This document shows positions 9,495 through 19,859 of a stretch of 64,000 nucleotides of DNA, in pieces. The position numbers and the translations under genes are program-made. Below the pieces are notes generated by a model that was not told the DNA's origin, searched no databases, and was given only the letters and a program-made list of their open reading frames with translations. Origin of the DNA: Escherichia phage V18; the sequence record NC_041937.1; one strand, 5' to 3'. The stretch's first letter is position 1. Every line of letters starts with the position of its first letter.

Positions 9495-9757
9495 TGACCA
9501 CGAAAATCACTATTGCAGAACCGAAAGCTAACACTCAACCCATCGAAAAATTTAAATGCGGTGAGGTGGTAACATTTACACCAGATAATGAAGATGCTAA
9601 GATTTTCGCCATGGTCACAGCTGAGTGGATGTGCGACAACACCACACAGGTTCTGCGTTTTGACACCTACCTTACAGATGAAATCAGGAACGATAAGATC
9701 GTGACTGGTGTAGATACTGAAATTATTTTCTACAAGAGCTTTTTAGAGGGTTTCTAA
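9494..9757 (+). CDS. small hypothetical protein (member of tandem trio)
   Basis: 87-aa ORF. Confidence 0.4.
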   Translation: MTTKITIAEPKANTQPIEKFKCGEVVTFTPDNEDAKIFAMVTAEWMCDNTTQVLRFDTYLTDEIRNDKIVTGVDTEIIFYKSFLEGF

Positions 9758-9758
9758 T

Positions 9759-9995
9759 ATGGCGAAAATTCGTAAATTATCCAACAAGCAGGTTGTGAAA
9801 GATTTTGAACCAGGAGAGATTCTGTATGTTCGTGATGCAGATGACGAAGGAGAAGATCTTGTCATGCTGCTAGGGCACGCTGCTGAGGACGGATGCATCC
9901 AGGCTGTTTTTCTTGAAACAGCTATGGTGCACTGGATAGAGCTGGACATGAAAGCACGAAAACCTAAAGCAGAAATCCTGATTTACGAAGATTAA
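9759..9995 (+). CDS. small hypothetical protein (member of tandem trio)
   Basis: 78-aa ORF. Confidence 0.4.
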   Translation: MAKIRKLSNKQVVKDFEPGEILYVRDADDEGEDLVMLLGHAAEDGCIQAVFLETAMVHWIELDMKARKPKAEILIYED

Positions 9996-10011
9996 CAAAA
10001 AGGAGAGAGCC

Positions 10012-10461
10012 GTGTTGAGCAAACGTGAATGCGACAGCATTAGCCTGAATTCTTATAAGAAACAATGGTTTGGGGTAGAAGTTTGCCGACTGCGGCTAGG
10101 CTCCTACCTGAACTTCGTTTATTACGAGAGCGACAGTCGTATCGTTTCTTATGAAGTGTTCTACACTAAGAACACATTCGAACTGCGCCGTAAAGTAGAG
10201 GGAGGGAGAACTACCACCCAGAATAATTGGGAAACTATTCTGCCTCCAGATGTTATAGGAAGTCCCCTGAATGTATCTGAAGATGAAAATCTTATGGTTC
10301 ATGCTATGATGGGACTTGACAGCTTAGAGCTGGCGATCTATGATATGTCCATCGAAGCAGTTAAGCTGGACTACATCGAAAACACTTTAGAGGAAGGTAT
10401 CAAGAAGTTTCTCAGTGAGAAATTAAAAGATCACTTTCATAAGGAGCTATACCTGTTATGA
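10012..10461 (+). CDS. hypothetical protein
   Basis: 149-aa ORF. Confidence 0.45.
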   Translation: MLSKRECDSISLNSYKKQWFGVEVCRLRLGSYLNFVYYESDSRIVSYEVFYTKNTFELRRKVEGGRTTTQNNWETILPPDVIGSPLNVSEDENLMVHAMMGLDSLELAIYDMSIEAVKLDYIENTLEEGIKKFLSEKLKDHFHKELYLL

Positions 10462-10703
10462 AGACCCGTAAAGAACGTAACAAAATTTTACCTGGGGCTC
10501 TCGAACACCTGATGAAGTGCAGATCTATTTGGCACTCTGCCAAGGAAGGGCAGAAGGTGGTTGTGGTTAGTGACAATACCAACCCGTTTGGAGATTATAC
10601 CACCATGATGGCCCCATATGTCCGTGATGGCGTTGTGGAGGTGGTCCCTTACAACGGTCTGCATGAACGTCACTTTGAAAGCACTTTGCTAGTGGAGCTA
10701 TAG
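10458..10703 (+). CDS. hypothetical protein
   Basis: 81-aa ORF, ATGA overlap with upstream gene. Confidence 0.4.
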   Translation: MKTRKERNKILPGALEHLMKCRSIWHSAKEGQKVVVVSDNTNPFGDYTTMMAPYVRDGVVEVVPYNGLHERHFESTLLVEL

Positions 10704-10705
10704 TC

Positions 10706-11272
10706 ATGGCGGTCAATGTGGCTTACAACACAGGAAAGCTTGACAGAGACATTGGGTGTCTTGTCCTTTCAGATACAGAAGAGTATTGGGGCTATGGGTT
10801 GCTGTCAGACCCACACCCGAGCAACCTTGTATCAACAGTGCTATACCGCTACGACCCTGTGCCAACGGTACACGACAAAGACATTCACGACCTTCGGATT
10901 AAGTGTTTGGAAGATCTGCTGAACAATGGTTGCAACGATCTGCGGGTAGCCAAAGAGAAGCTTACAAACATTCACAAAGAGGAAGTGATGAGCACCCTCA
11001 GTAAGAGATCAGTGCACAAAAAGATGATGCTGAACTTTGCAATGGGTATCTACATGGATGGGTATAAGGGAGGTGATCCGATTCTCAAGCTTCGCTGCCC
11101 GACATTGTGGGAAAGAGTGGTTGACAGCAAGGACGGTACTGCCCTGCTCGAACTCCACACTGCAGGTTGGATTTGGCGGTATGTAGACGGATACCCTCTG
11201 TGGGCATGTGGACCTGGGGAATTTGTTGACAGGCCTAGTGCGGTGGTGGACTTACTATTGCAGTTTGAATAA
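10706..11272 (+). CDS. hypothetical protein
   Basis: 188-aa ORF. Confidence 0.5.
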   Translation: MAVNVAYNTGKLDRDIGCLVLSDTEEYWGYGLLSDPHPSNLVSTVLYRYDPVPTVHDKDIHDLRIKCLEDLLNNGCNDLRVAKEKLTNIHKEEVMSTLSKRSVHKKMMLNFAMGIYMDGYKGGDPILKLRCPTLWERVVDSKDGTALLELHTAGWIWRYVDGYPLWACGPGEFVDRPSAVVDLLLQFE

Positions 11273-11329
11273 AAAGGTGAGTTATAAGGTATTCATACAC
11301 CTACCAACAATACAACAGGAGAGACTGAG

Positions 11330-11605
11330 ATGACGAAAGAAGAGGCCGACGTATTAGATTTTGCACTAGAGGCTACGCAGGAGGCTTTGGTGTTAGCTTG
11401 GAAAATGAACCAGCGTGCTGCAGAATGCAACCGCCGCATTAATGAGATTCTGGGCATGTCCATGTATGATTTCACTATGCATGCTGGAGAGATTCCTGAA
11501 TTAACTGCAGAGATGAATGATCTTGACAATAAAATCAATATCATTCTGAAGACAGCAGAAACAACTCACCAAACCACCCGTAAATTTATCAACGAGAAGG
11601 TGTGA
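11330..11605 (+). CDS. hypothetical protein
   Basis: 91-aa ORF. Confidence 0.45.
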   Translation: MTKEEADVLDFALEATQEALVLAWKMNQRAAECNRRINEILGMSMYDFTMHAGEIPELTAEMNDLDNKINIILKTAETTHQTTRKFINEKV

Positions 11606-11794
11606 ATATGGACTACAGCTACTGCGGGGAAGAAGTCCCTTTTAATTACAGCAATCTTACCACGAGCAATCCATATGAGACTCGCCACGCACGCACATCA
11701 TTGCCATTGACTTTGATGGAACGTTTAATGCGAGCCCTTTCATCTTCTCCCGCCTGACAGGGATCTAAAGAAGGAGGGGTGGACAGTCTACCTT

Positions 11795-12070
11795 GTGACT
11801 TTCCGATTCATTACTCAAGACAATGTAGACATTGAGTATTGGCGCAAGGAGCTCGATGTTGGTGTGTTTTATACTGGTGGTGTTCAGAAGGCAGCCTATC
11901 TGGCGCAGTTTGATATCTACCCAGATATCTGGATTGATGATTCTCCGGCATGTATTCCGGCTAAGAATCAGTTAGAGTTTGCAATGAAGGAGATCGAGTA
12001 TAAGTCTGAGGCTAAGCGGAACGGATGGCCCTTTATTATTGAAGATTACCCAGATCCTGAACCGGAGTAA
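11795..12070 (+). CDS. hypothetical protein (GTG start)
   Basis: 91-aa ORF; GGAGGGG about 15 nt upstream. Confidence 0.4.
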   Translation: MTFRFITQDNVDIEYWRKELDVGVFYTGGVQKAAYLAQFDIYPDIWIDDSPACIPAKNQLEFAMKEIEYKSEAKRNGWPFIIEDYPDPEPE

Positions 12071-12299
12071 GAGCCATGAGGCGAAGATATCATTACCTGA
12101 TGTGGAAGTTATATCAAAATGCTGCCAAAGCCTATCATACCATGTTTGGCAATGACGATCACTACATCATGTTACATCTCACCGCTATTGAGCATCACAA
12201 TGAGTGGATTCATGCAATCGTGGCAGGTGATAAAGACTTTAAGTAAAAATATGCCTTAAAACGCAAAAGGACATAGCTTTCTAGACGGAGACTGATTAA

Positions 12300-12680
12300 A
12301 TGTGCAAGTGTAAATCCTATAATTGGAAAGTGAAAGGTGCCAAGCATCCAAATGTTATCGTTGATGTGCCTAAAAAGCTCCGTGACGGCAAAAAACGTGT
12401 GTGCCTTGATAAGTGCATGGTTAAGCCTATTATGAGTCTATGGGCAGCAGGATTGAAAACTCTAAACTGCTGCTGTGGTCACAACAAAGATGTTCCAAGC
12501 ATCATTATCCCAGAAGATGCAGACCCTAAAGCTTATGCCAAAATACTGACCCGCTACCCAAGCACCTTTCTGATCGGAAAATGGTATCACGATGAACTTC
12601 AATGGTGGATAGCGTACGGTAGTGTAGGTGCTGCTTTTGGCTTCCCAGCTTTGTCAGAGCGCTACGTCAAAGCGTCATAA
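12300..12680 (+). CDS. hypothetical Cys-rich protein
   Basis: 126-aa ORF with CKCK, CLDKC and NCCCGH motifs; possible metal-binding. Confidence 0.45.
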   Translation: MCKCKSYNWKVKGAKHPNVIVDVPKKLRDGKKRVCLDKCMVKPIMSLWAAGLKTLNCCCGHNKDVPSIIIPEDADPKAYAKILTRYPSTFLIGKWYHDELQWWIAYGSVGAAFGFPALSERYVKAS

Positions 12681-12805
12681 TCTGTTTTAAGGCCTCAAAC
12701 GAGGCCTGTGCCTTCATAAATTGCCCTACCTTATGTGATTACCCTCCTGAACAAAATACCTCCCCAAAATCGTTTAAAATTAAGCTTGACCCCAACATCA
12801 GATCT

Positions 12806-13252
12806 ATGTATGATTATCTCACCAACCAAACAGGGGAGATCGTCATGGATAATCTTGCAAGTGTGAACGTCGAAATTGTTAAACTAAAGTTTTTGGGATT
12901 TCGAGACCCTAATTCTTTAACAGCCATACTAATGGATACCCACTTCACGCCAGGGAAAGAGTACACCGCCTTCCGTTATATTTGTGGAGATCACGAATCA
13001 GCTTATAGTGTGAATACAAACCTCGGCGAGGGATATTTCATCAGAGATATCACAGATCACTTATGGGGAATGTGGGAGTTGGTGGAAGAAGAGAATAAAT
13101 CCCTTCCTAAAGAGATTTGGGTGCACACCTTCCACACAGGTAAGTTTGGAGGTACGGAACATAAGTCTATCCACTATGATGAAGAAAGTGCCATCAAACA
13201 ACAAGCTGTGCTTGGTGGATCTGTAGAAAAATTTGTTAAATGCGAGGACTGA
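12806..13252 (+). CDS. hypothetical protein
   Basis: 148-aa ORF. Confidence 0.45.
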   Translation: MYDYLTNQTGEIVMDNLASVNVEIVKLKFLGFRDPNSLTAILMDTHFTPGKEYTAFRYICGDHESAYSVNTNLGEGYFIRDITDHLWGMWELVEEENKSLPKEIWVHTFHTGKFGGTEHKSIHYDEESAIKQQAVLGGSVEKFVKCED

Positions 13253-13255
13253 GAA

Positions 13256-13456
13256 ATGGCTGATTTTTGTAAAGATTGCTCTGAAGAGTTGTTTGGCTTT
13301 GACTGCAAAGATTTGGAAGGTCTGATCACTGAGGATCAGTGGAAGGAAGGCTATGCAGCACCTGTTATTTGTGAAGGTTGTGGCTATACTTATGTTGACC
13401 ATAAAGGTAAGCGCGTCAAGCCGTCTGAAGATGGGGCATGTTGGGAGTATTACTAA
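13256..13456 (+). CDS. small zinc-ribbon-like protein
   Basis: 66-aa ORF with two CxxC pairs (CKDC ... CEGC). Confidence 0.45.
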   Translation: MADFCKDCSEELFGFDCKDLEGLITEDQWKEGYAAPVICEGCGYTYVDHKGKRVKPSEDGACWEYY

Positions 13457-13469
13457 CTATAAAAAGAAA

Positions 13470-13493
13470 GGGGCCAAACGGCCCCTTTTTTTT
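13470..13493. terminator. bidirectional rho-independent terminator
   Basis: GGGGCC-AAAC-GGCCCC hairpin flanked by A-run upstream and T-run downstream, between convergent genes. Confidence 0.6.
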
Positions 13494-13502
13494 ACCCCCT
13501 TG

Positions 13503-14495
13503 TTAACGAGAAAAGGTTGCGTAGGCTTCTAGACGATACTGCTGGTCACCAGGGAACATAACACCTATAGAGGCTGTCCCTAGAATCCTGCCTTCCTTTC
13601 CAGACTCCATTCTGAACCCTACCCATCCTGAACTCCTTGCAGCCTCGATGTTGTCGCTATACCCGAAAGTGGCAAGATCGTCAACACCAGCCCCAAACAG
13701 CAACTGAAGCTGACTTCTAGGAAGCCCTATAATTTCAGGAATATACGCACCAAAGTACACCATCTGCCCTACCTTAGGACCGCTGCCGTACTCCATCGGT
13801 TTGCTTGTAGAGAAAGTCTTCATACCAGAAGTACCTGCCGGATTAGGGTATGCCCCGTTTGTTGCTGTACCTATCCACATTCTCCACTGTGGTGCCATCT
13901 GTTTGACAGTAAACGATGTTGAAGACGTTTTGCGGCCTGCATCATCTGTAACTACAAACCTTATAGTGACATTCCCAGGAGCTTTAAATGTTACCAGTCC
14001 TGTGGTAGCATCCACTGTTGCAATGTTGGTATTACTACTTTCCCAAGTCTTTCTGATTCCTGGCACATTGGAAGGGGTAATAGAAGGTTCCTGCATCTGC
14101 AGTTTACCACCTACAATCCCTATCCCGTTTCCTGGATTATACAACGCACCAACCTCGTCTACAATGTTACCTGCCTTGAGACTGTACTTTTTAGAGAAGT
14201 TGTAAGTGCCGTTATATGTGTGTGTCCCTGAGAAGGTTACATCTGCCTTGCCGTTGGAGATGCAAACCAAAGCATACTTCCTGTCAGGCAACTGTGCCCC
14301 AGTTTCTGGGTGAGTTTTACCAACCTGGAACACACTCGGGTCAGTGGAGTCATGGCTATCACTAATGGAGTTTGGGCCACCCATCAGCTGTGACAAACAA
14401 TTCCTTACCCATGTCCAGTTATTATCACTGGAGAAGTCCACAGTCAAATCGAATACAACCCACTCATTTGGCTTCCATACAGGAGTTGTAATCAA
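13503..14495 (-). CDS. structural protein with bacterial Ig-like (Big_2-type) domain
   Basis: 330-aa ORF; segment ATVDATTGLVTFKAPGNVTIRFVVTDDAGRKTSSTSFTV resembles Ig-like domains. Confidence 0.5.
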   Translation of the reverse strand: MITTPVWKPNEWVVFDLTVDFSSDNNWTWVRNCLSQLMGGPNSISDSHDSTDPSVFQVGKTHPETGAQLPDRKYALVCISNGKADVTFSGTHTYNGTYNFSKKYSLKAGNIVDEVGALYNPGNGIGIVGGKLQMQEPSITPSNVPGIRKTWESSNTNIATVDATTGLVTFKAPGNVTIRFVVTDDAGRKTSSTSFTVKQMAPQWRMWIGTATNGAYPNPAGTSGMKTFSTSKPMEYGSGPKVGQMVYFGAYIPEIIGLPRSQLQLLFGAGVDDLATFGYSDNIEAARSSGWVGFRMESGKEGRILGTASIGVMFPGDQQYRLEAYATFSR

Positions 14496-15175
14496 CTTAC
14501 CAACAGAAGGGTTGGAGACTGTTCAGTGATCAGGGCAGAGTATGCCAGAGTGCCTAACTGCATGGTCTGGCTTGCTGTCCTCACTACCTTAGAATCAACA
14601 TCTGTGAAGTTGTTGATGATTTGGAATGTACCATAAGTGTTTTTACAGGTAATTCTGGCGTTCAGTGTGTCAATCTTCCTCACATCTGCCATAGCAGTGT
14701 TAGACACAGAGAAGTCAGAAGCTCTAGCCGAGTTTGCTGCAACAGCTGGATCAACGTTGAGAGTTGCGTTGAACTGGCAGGCAGGAGTAACCAGTAGCTT
14801 GTTATCACCTATTTGCTTCCATGAAACACTTTGAACAGGGAGATTCCATTTAATACCTGAGAAAACTTTAGCAACCCTTGGTCCCAGAGCTCCAGTCCTG
14901 TTGTCTTTACAGCTCATGGACATGGTGATCGTTGACGGAGTGGCCTGACCAAACAATTGCTGTGCTTTTGCAGAGGACATGGTGTAGAAATTGTCCTTAA
15001 CAAACTCATCAGCCGCTAACGATCCGTCAGATCTCCACCATTGCACCTGGTAGCCTGTCTTATCCCAGCCACCAACCTGCTTCAAGTCCTCCCAAGAGAT
15101 TTCCAGATCCCCAGTGGTAGGTTGATTGCCGCAGTTCCCGGTGTTCCAGATGACCATATTGGGATATCGAACCAC
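14492..15175 (-). CDS. hypothetical tail-associated protein (start uncertain; 94-nt overlap with upstream ORF)
   Basis: 227-aa ORF from track. Confidence 0.4.
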   Translation of the reverse strand: MVRYPNMVIWNTGNCGNQPTTGDLEISWEDLKQVGGWDKTGYQVQWWRSDGSLAADEFVKDNFYTMSSAKAQQLFGQATPSTITMSMSCKDNRTGALGPRVAKVFSGIKWNLPVQSVSWKQIGDNKLLVTPACQFNATLNVDPAVAANSARASDFSVSNTAMADVRKIDTLNARITCKNTYGTFQIINNFTDVDSKVVRTASQTMQLGTLAYSALITEQSPTLLLVS

Positions 15176-16047
15176 GCTGGTTTAACAGACTGCACTGCGT
15201 TAGGTCCTATTGCAGCAGCAAGTTGTTGACCCATCAATACGCGAGTATCTTTCACATAACCCCACTCGATCATAGACCCAGAGTAACCCTCTTTCTTATA
15301 CGCGGATGACCCATTCAAGTGAATAAGTCTACTTGTGCCGAAGTTATACGCCCCACCACCATTATCATCTGCAAAATTGTATATGATTCTATCCCTAATA
15401 TCTTTCCATGCCCTACCGCCAATCTCGTAGTCATGGTCATAGCATCTTTGCAGCGTTGTCCAGCAGATGATTGCCATCCTTCTACCGTTACTGAAGCCGA
15501 AAGCCTGATCGTTAAGCTCTCTCCACAAGTAGCAGTTGGTGGTCCACATGGCTCTGTGAATGTTGTACCAGTTTATAGATTTGGCAGAGTTGTTCCACTG
15601 AGTTCCGGGTAATTCAGGCCATACTGCATTAACCAGCATGTCCTCTGTCCCTGCATCTATCAAGAAGCCTCTCACCTTCTTACCCATACCTACTCTGTCT
15701 TTGGCAATCCATGCGCCAAACAATCTCAGTTTTGGACCGTAAACATCCTCTTCGCGATGCTCAAGAGAAACATACTTTAGATATACCGTAGGGTCACCGT
15801 AGGTGTCGGATATTCTTTTATCCCCTGCATATGGTGAGTCTGCAAACTGGTAGTGCAGAGCAACTTCAAAAGGATGTGTGGATGTTCCGTTTTCTGCAAG
15901 AACTTGCTTCCCGATCAGATCGCATTTAATAATCATCACGACACGTTTGTACCCCCAGGTTAACGGAACAACAAACGGAATCAGGCAGTTCACCAGGTCC
16001 CCAGAATATTGCTCCGGAACAGTTGTAGAACCACTTGTTAGGATCAT
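15082..16047 (-). CDS. hypothetical tail-associated protein
   Basis: 321-aa ORF, ATGA overlap with upstream gene. Confidence 0.45.
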   Translation of the reverse strand: MILTSGSTTVPEQYSGDLVNCLIPFVVPLTWGYKRVVMIIKCDLIGKQVLAENGTSTHPFEVALHYQFADSPYAGDKRISDTYGDPTVYLKYVSLEHREEDVYGPKLRLFGAWIAKDRVGMGKKVRGFLIDAGTEDMLVNAVWPELPGTQWNNSAKSINWYNIHRAMWTTNCYLWRELNDQAFGFSNGRRMAIICWTTLQRCYDHDYEIGGRAWKDIRDRIIYNFADDNGGGAYNFGTSRLIHLNGSSAYKKEGYSGSMIEWGYVKDTRVLMGQQLAAAIGPNAVQSVKPAWFDIPIWSSGTPGTAAINLPLGIWKSLGRT

Positions 16048-18065
16048 AGTTGTTCTTGAAGGTCTGAACCTCGTTTGCCTGTTTCAACAAGAAAACATGC
16101 CTGTCGATCAGCATATCCAGGTTGGTTAAACCACTGATTGCAAGAATAGTCCCGCATATAGTCATAATCAGAGTATTTGTTGTTTGCATCCTCGTTCCAA
16201 CACAAGTTCAGGTTGGTGCCGCCCATGCACACAATATATTCTTCAACGTATTTATCACTTCGGGTGGGAATACCTATGAACCATCTGTTAACAGGTTCGT
16301 CCCAAGCTGTGCGCTCATCTTTAACGCAGATAGCAATCCAGTCATGTGTTCCTGTTTTCTTGCACACATCGCGCTTCATACCGTAGTAGAACTCTTTAGT
16401 ATTTGGCTCAGGTGCGCTTATCAGGTAGCTCCACGCCTGGTCTGCATAGGTTCCGTTGGTGCGAGGGTCATGATCAAAGGCATACATGAGGATCCTTTCC
16501 CCACCAAGATGTTCGCCAAGAGTAACTTTGACATTCACATCGCCGTAACCGTTGCGAACAACATCCATATTGTCAATAGAGATGCCTCTAGGGGTGTAGG
16601 CAATTTTCAGTGAGTTATCCTCACTAGTGCCACCAAGGGTGATCCCTATGTTATTTGTTGTCCCGTCGGCATATCTTACTGTAGCTTCCCAGCGTATTCC
16701 GAAATATCCTGCATCATGGCTAACAATTTTCAGTGTACGAGCACCAGAGTTAGGTTTTCCAGGATCAGGCCAAGGGTTTGGGTGTTCGTGAACAGTCAAC
16801 GATGTCCCGTTTTGTTCATTGACCTGCAACATTTTACCACCTCTGCCGTTTGGGTTGAACTCCCATAAGGCCTGTGTCTGCACCAAGTTATCATAGGTAT
16901 TTCGTCGCTGATTATAAATCTCTTGGGTAACATCATAAGTTACTGATCCAGCATCCATTCTGTGGAGTCTGACCATATACGATGTATCCCCTTCTACTGC
17001 AGGCTGAGCCGCATTCAGCCCAAAGTATACAGTATCATTAACATGGAACTGTTTGTTTCTACCGGCAGTATGCCATTTACCATCAGACGGGTACGCTGGG
17101 ACGATAGTGTTCCAGTTCAAAGTCCTTGTTGTGTGGGTTCTGCCTGTGCCATGTTTGTCATGATAGGTTCTGTTAACATTTCTGTTATATTGGGTAACAA
17201 CAACTTCGTTGGCCCCGCCGTGGTTCCAGTTGGTGGAGAATTGGTAATTTGCATCTGTAACAACCGTGCCTGCAGCATTTACCAGCTCAATCTTGTCAAT
17301 AATGAACGTAGCCCCTTCTGGCTGAGGCTTCAATTTCATCTTGACCGTGTCACCAATGTAAATATTGCTAACGCTGCTAACACCGTTAACGTCGAAAATA
17401 TCATCAACACCCCAACTATCTACCGGGACATTTTTATACCAATTCTCCGGAATCTCTGTGAACCCTTGGCTGTTAAGTCTGCCGCCAAAGAGGTTATTAG
17501 ATCCTGAAAAACTACCACGTGGTATTCCTGACCACCAAAGCTTTCCATTTACCACACAGAATGTGCCTAAGAAACCTTCCCTGTGGATCCCTTGAAAATA
17601 AACGCTTTCTGTCCAACTTACTGGCTCTGTCTGTTCAACAAACTTAGCTGTTGCCAGCGCTCTGTAATGAATAAAATTGGCCCTAGGGTTGTTGTTTGCA
17701 GATTGAGCACCAATATCATTACACAAGTTGCGAGAGAATCCACGATACTGCTTAGTGCCATTGTTGAAGAAAATGCCACTTGTGCCGTACCCACGAGCCA
17801 TTATTACCTCATGAACATTCCAGGCTGTTTCGCTCGGATAGTTTATAGGGCTACGATCCCCAGTGCGGCACTCTCCGAACTTGTTATAGCCAGTAATATT
17901 AAGCTGACCATCATCAAAAAGTATAGCTAAGCTATTTACATAGGATACTGTGTTGCTTGTACCATCACTGTTGTCTATTGGGTATGACAGAACAGCAAGT
18001 TCCTTAATTCCACCCCTCTTATCGAGGAAATGACGACCAAGTTTTAGCAAAGGGATTGGAAGCAT
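16044..18065 (-). CDS. large tail fibre/tailspike-like protein
   Basis: 673-aa ORF rich in G/N/T/S/Y; position in fibre cluster. Confidence 0.5.
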   Translation of the reverse strand: MLPIPLLKLGRHFLDKRGGIKELAVLSYPIDNSDGTSNTVSYVNSLAILFDDGQLNITGYNKFGECRTGDRSPINYPSETAWNVHEVIMARGYGTSGIFFNNGTKQYRGFSRNLCNDIGAQSANNNPRANFIHYRALATAKFVEQTEPVSWTESVYFQGIHREGFLGTFCVVNGKLWWSGIPRGSFSGSNNLFGGRLNSQGFTEIPENWYKNVPVDSWGVDDIFDVNGVSSVSNIYIGDTVKMKLKPQPEGATFIIDKIELVNAAGTVVTDANYQFSTNWNHGGANEVVVTQYNRNVNRTYHDKHGTGRTHTTRTLNWNTIVPAYPSDGKWHTAGRNKQFHVNDTVYFGLNAAQPAVEGDTSYMVRLHRMDAGSVTYDVTQEIYNQRRNTYDNLVQTQALWEFNPNGRGGKMLQVNEQNGTSLTVHEHPNPWPDPGKPNSGARTLKIVSHDAGYFGIRWEATVRYADGTTNNIGITLGGTSEDNSLKIAYTPRGISIDNMDVVRNGYGDVNVKVTLGEHLGGERILMYAFDHDPRTNGTYADQAWSYLISAPEPNTKEFYYGMKRDVCKKTGTHDWIAICVKDERTAWDEPVNRWFIGIPTRSDKYVEEYIVCMGGTNLNLCWNEDANNKYSDYDYMRDYSCNQWFNQPGYADRQACFLVETGKRGSDLQEQL

Positions 18066-18085
18066 TGTGTTCTCCAGATAAGAAA

Positions 18086-18108
18086 ACCGCCCCGTCAGGA
18101 GCGGTTAG
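18086..18108 (-). terminator. putative terminator hairpin
   Basis: AACCGC...GCGGTT stem downstream of 18114..19859. Confidence 0.4.
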
Positions 18109-18113
18109 ATATA

Positions 18114-19859
18114 TTAACGTTGTGCAATTACTACGTCTACGATATCACCAACACCACAATACGTTAATTGCAGCAAGGTAACACTGTTAGCCTTGTTGTT
18201 AATAACAGGTGTTGCCGACAGGATAGCATACTTATCGTGCAAAGTCACGTTGTGACCTACAGCATCCTGAATTACATAGATAACCGCAGTGAATGGATAA
18301 GGTTTATCTTCCGCTGATGTCCCAGGCCACTGTCCTATTGTAAAATCCCCTTTCGCGTGGACAACATACATACTGGCCTGCCCGTTAGGTGTCCATGTCC
18401 CACTGGACGCGTCAACCTCCTCTAAATCAAAATCTACCTTTCCTGCGTGGAAAGTAGGGGCAGTAATGGTTTTACCAGCCTCAATTTCTTGAGAGGTGGT
18501 TATCTTACCGCTGGAGTTAATGCCATTACAAACAAAGTTGACATTAGAGAAGTCTGGCAGCCACCCAGTCACTGTGCCGGATATTTCAAGGTTGTGAAGG
18601 TAGGTGGTGCCCGTCCCTGCTGCGTTTAAACTAACATCTCCATTTACCTGCAAGTTTCGGGTAACGTTGCAGTTTTCAGAGTTTGCAGTTGTTGCAGCTA
18701 AAGTGGTGGTTGTCAGCTCGGTAATTGTACCTTTATTAGCTGTAAGCCCTTCTCCTTCAAAAGTTGCACGCTCATTAACTCTTAAGGTATTCAGAGCTAT
18801 GTTTTGGATAGAGGCTGTACCTCGAATAACTACAGATCCACCAACCTCCAAATCGCCATTTATCAATGCGTCACCCGTGCTTTCAATATAGCTAGGGTAG
18901 ATCATGGTGCCATCGACAGAGTAGGTTATCCCTGTAACAGTACCTGTCACCTCAAGGTTCTTAACCCTGGTGGTCCCATCGACCTGCAATGTCGGTTCGG
19001 TTGCTGCCTTCATGGCATTACCACGAATGTACACGTAGTCAAAAAAGTTATTACCTAGACCATCAAAATGTACATCGTTATTATTAGCCACTGGTTTCCC
19101 AGAAGTTATAGTGTCAGCTATAATCCTGTGGGTAGACACTTCATGAGGTTGCAGCTCTGTGCTTCTCCAGTCTGCATGCTTAGGATCACTCCACGCAAAA
19201 GTAAGTGTAGAAGTATTTGCCGTGAGGATTAGGTTCCTGAAGCGTGCAGTAGAATCTGCTCCATTAACAGGCCCATGTAAGGTGAGTGTGCCCCCGACTA
19301 TGGTGTTAGCAAGTTCTGTAAGACCTTTTACCACCAAAGACCCTACAGTAACTTTCATCCCCTCCATGGCTTCAAATATGCTATCCACATAGTCAACAAC
19401 AAACTCTGTGTTTGCTATAGACTCAGACTTATCGTCCATTGGAGGCGTAGGTACTCGCGGGTCACCTTCGAACCTCGGACTGTTAAGTTTTGCGTAGTAT
19501 TTTGCCATTACTGCAGAATCGGTATATAATCTCCAGTTTGGAGATTGTGAAGGATCTGCTGGCATTCTAACCGGGTTAGATTTTGATGCTGCGGGAGCGT
19601 ACCACCACTGAGGGCCTGTGTCCCCCTTAAACTCGTACAGCTGGTTAAAAACTGTTGTGGATGCACCATACGCCCAAGGGATCGGTGGCGTTTTAAAATA
19701 AAGGGTGTCAAGCATGGCTTTTCGTACCGTAGGGATGGTGGTCCCATCCTCTACGACAACTTCATCCACAGCGTTACCGTTGACAATCAGGTGCAAACGT
19801 TCAGAATCAACAATTACTTGATCTACCGCCTGCTCAAAGCTTGTCATGTCTTGCGCCAT
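18114..19859 (-). CDS. tail fibre/tailspike protein
   Basis: 581-aa ORF with repetitive beta-rich segments (NLEVTGTVTG..., NLEISGTVTG...). Confidence 0.55.
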   Translation of the reverse strand: MAQDMTSFEQAVDQVIVDSERLHLIVNGNAVDEVVVEDGTTIPTVRKAMLDTLYFKTPPIPWAYGASTTVFNQLYEFKGDTGPQWWYAPAASKSNPVRMPADPSQSPNWRLYTDSAVMAKYYAKLNSPRFEGDPRVPTPPMDDKSESIANTEFVVDYVDSIFEAMEGMKVTVGSLVVKGLTELANTIVGGTLTLHGPVNGADSTARFRNLILTANTSTLTFAWSDPKHADWRSTELQPHEVSTHRIIADTITSGKPVANNNDVHFDGLGNNFFDYVYIRGNAMKAATEPTLQVDGTTRVKNLEVTGTVTGITYSVDGTMIYPSYIESTGDALINGDLEVGGSVVIRGTASIQNIALNTLRVNERATFEGEGLTANKGTITELTTTTLAATTANSENCNVTRNLQVNGDVSLNAAGTGTTYLHNLEISGTVTGWLPDFSNVNFVCNGINSSGKITTSQEIEAGKTITAPTFHAGKVDFDLEEVDASSGTWTPNGQASMYVVHAKGDFTIGQWPGTSAEDKPYPFTAVIYVIQDAVGHNVTLHDKYAILSATPVINNKANSVTLLQLTYCGVGDIVDVVIAQR

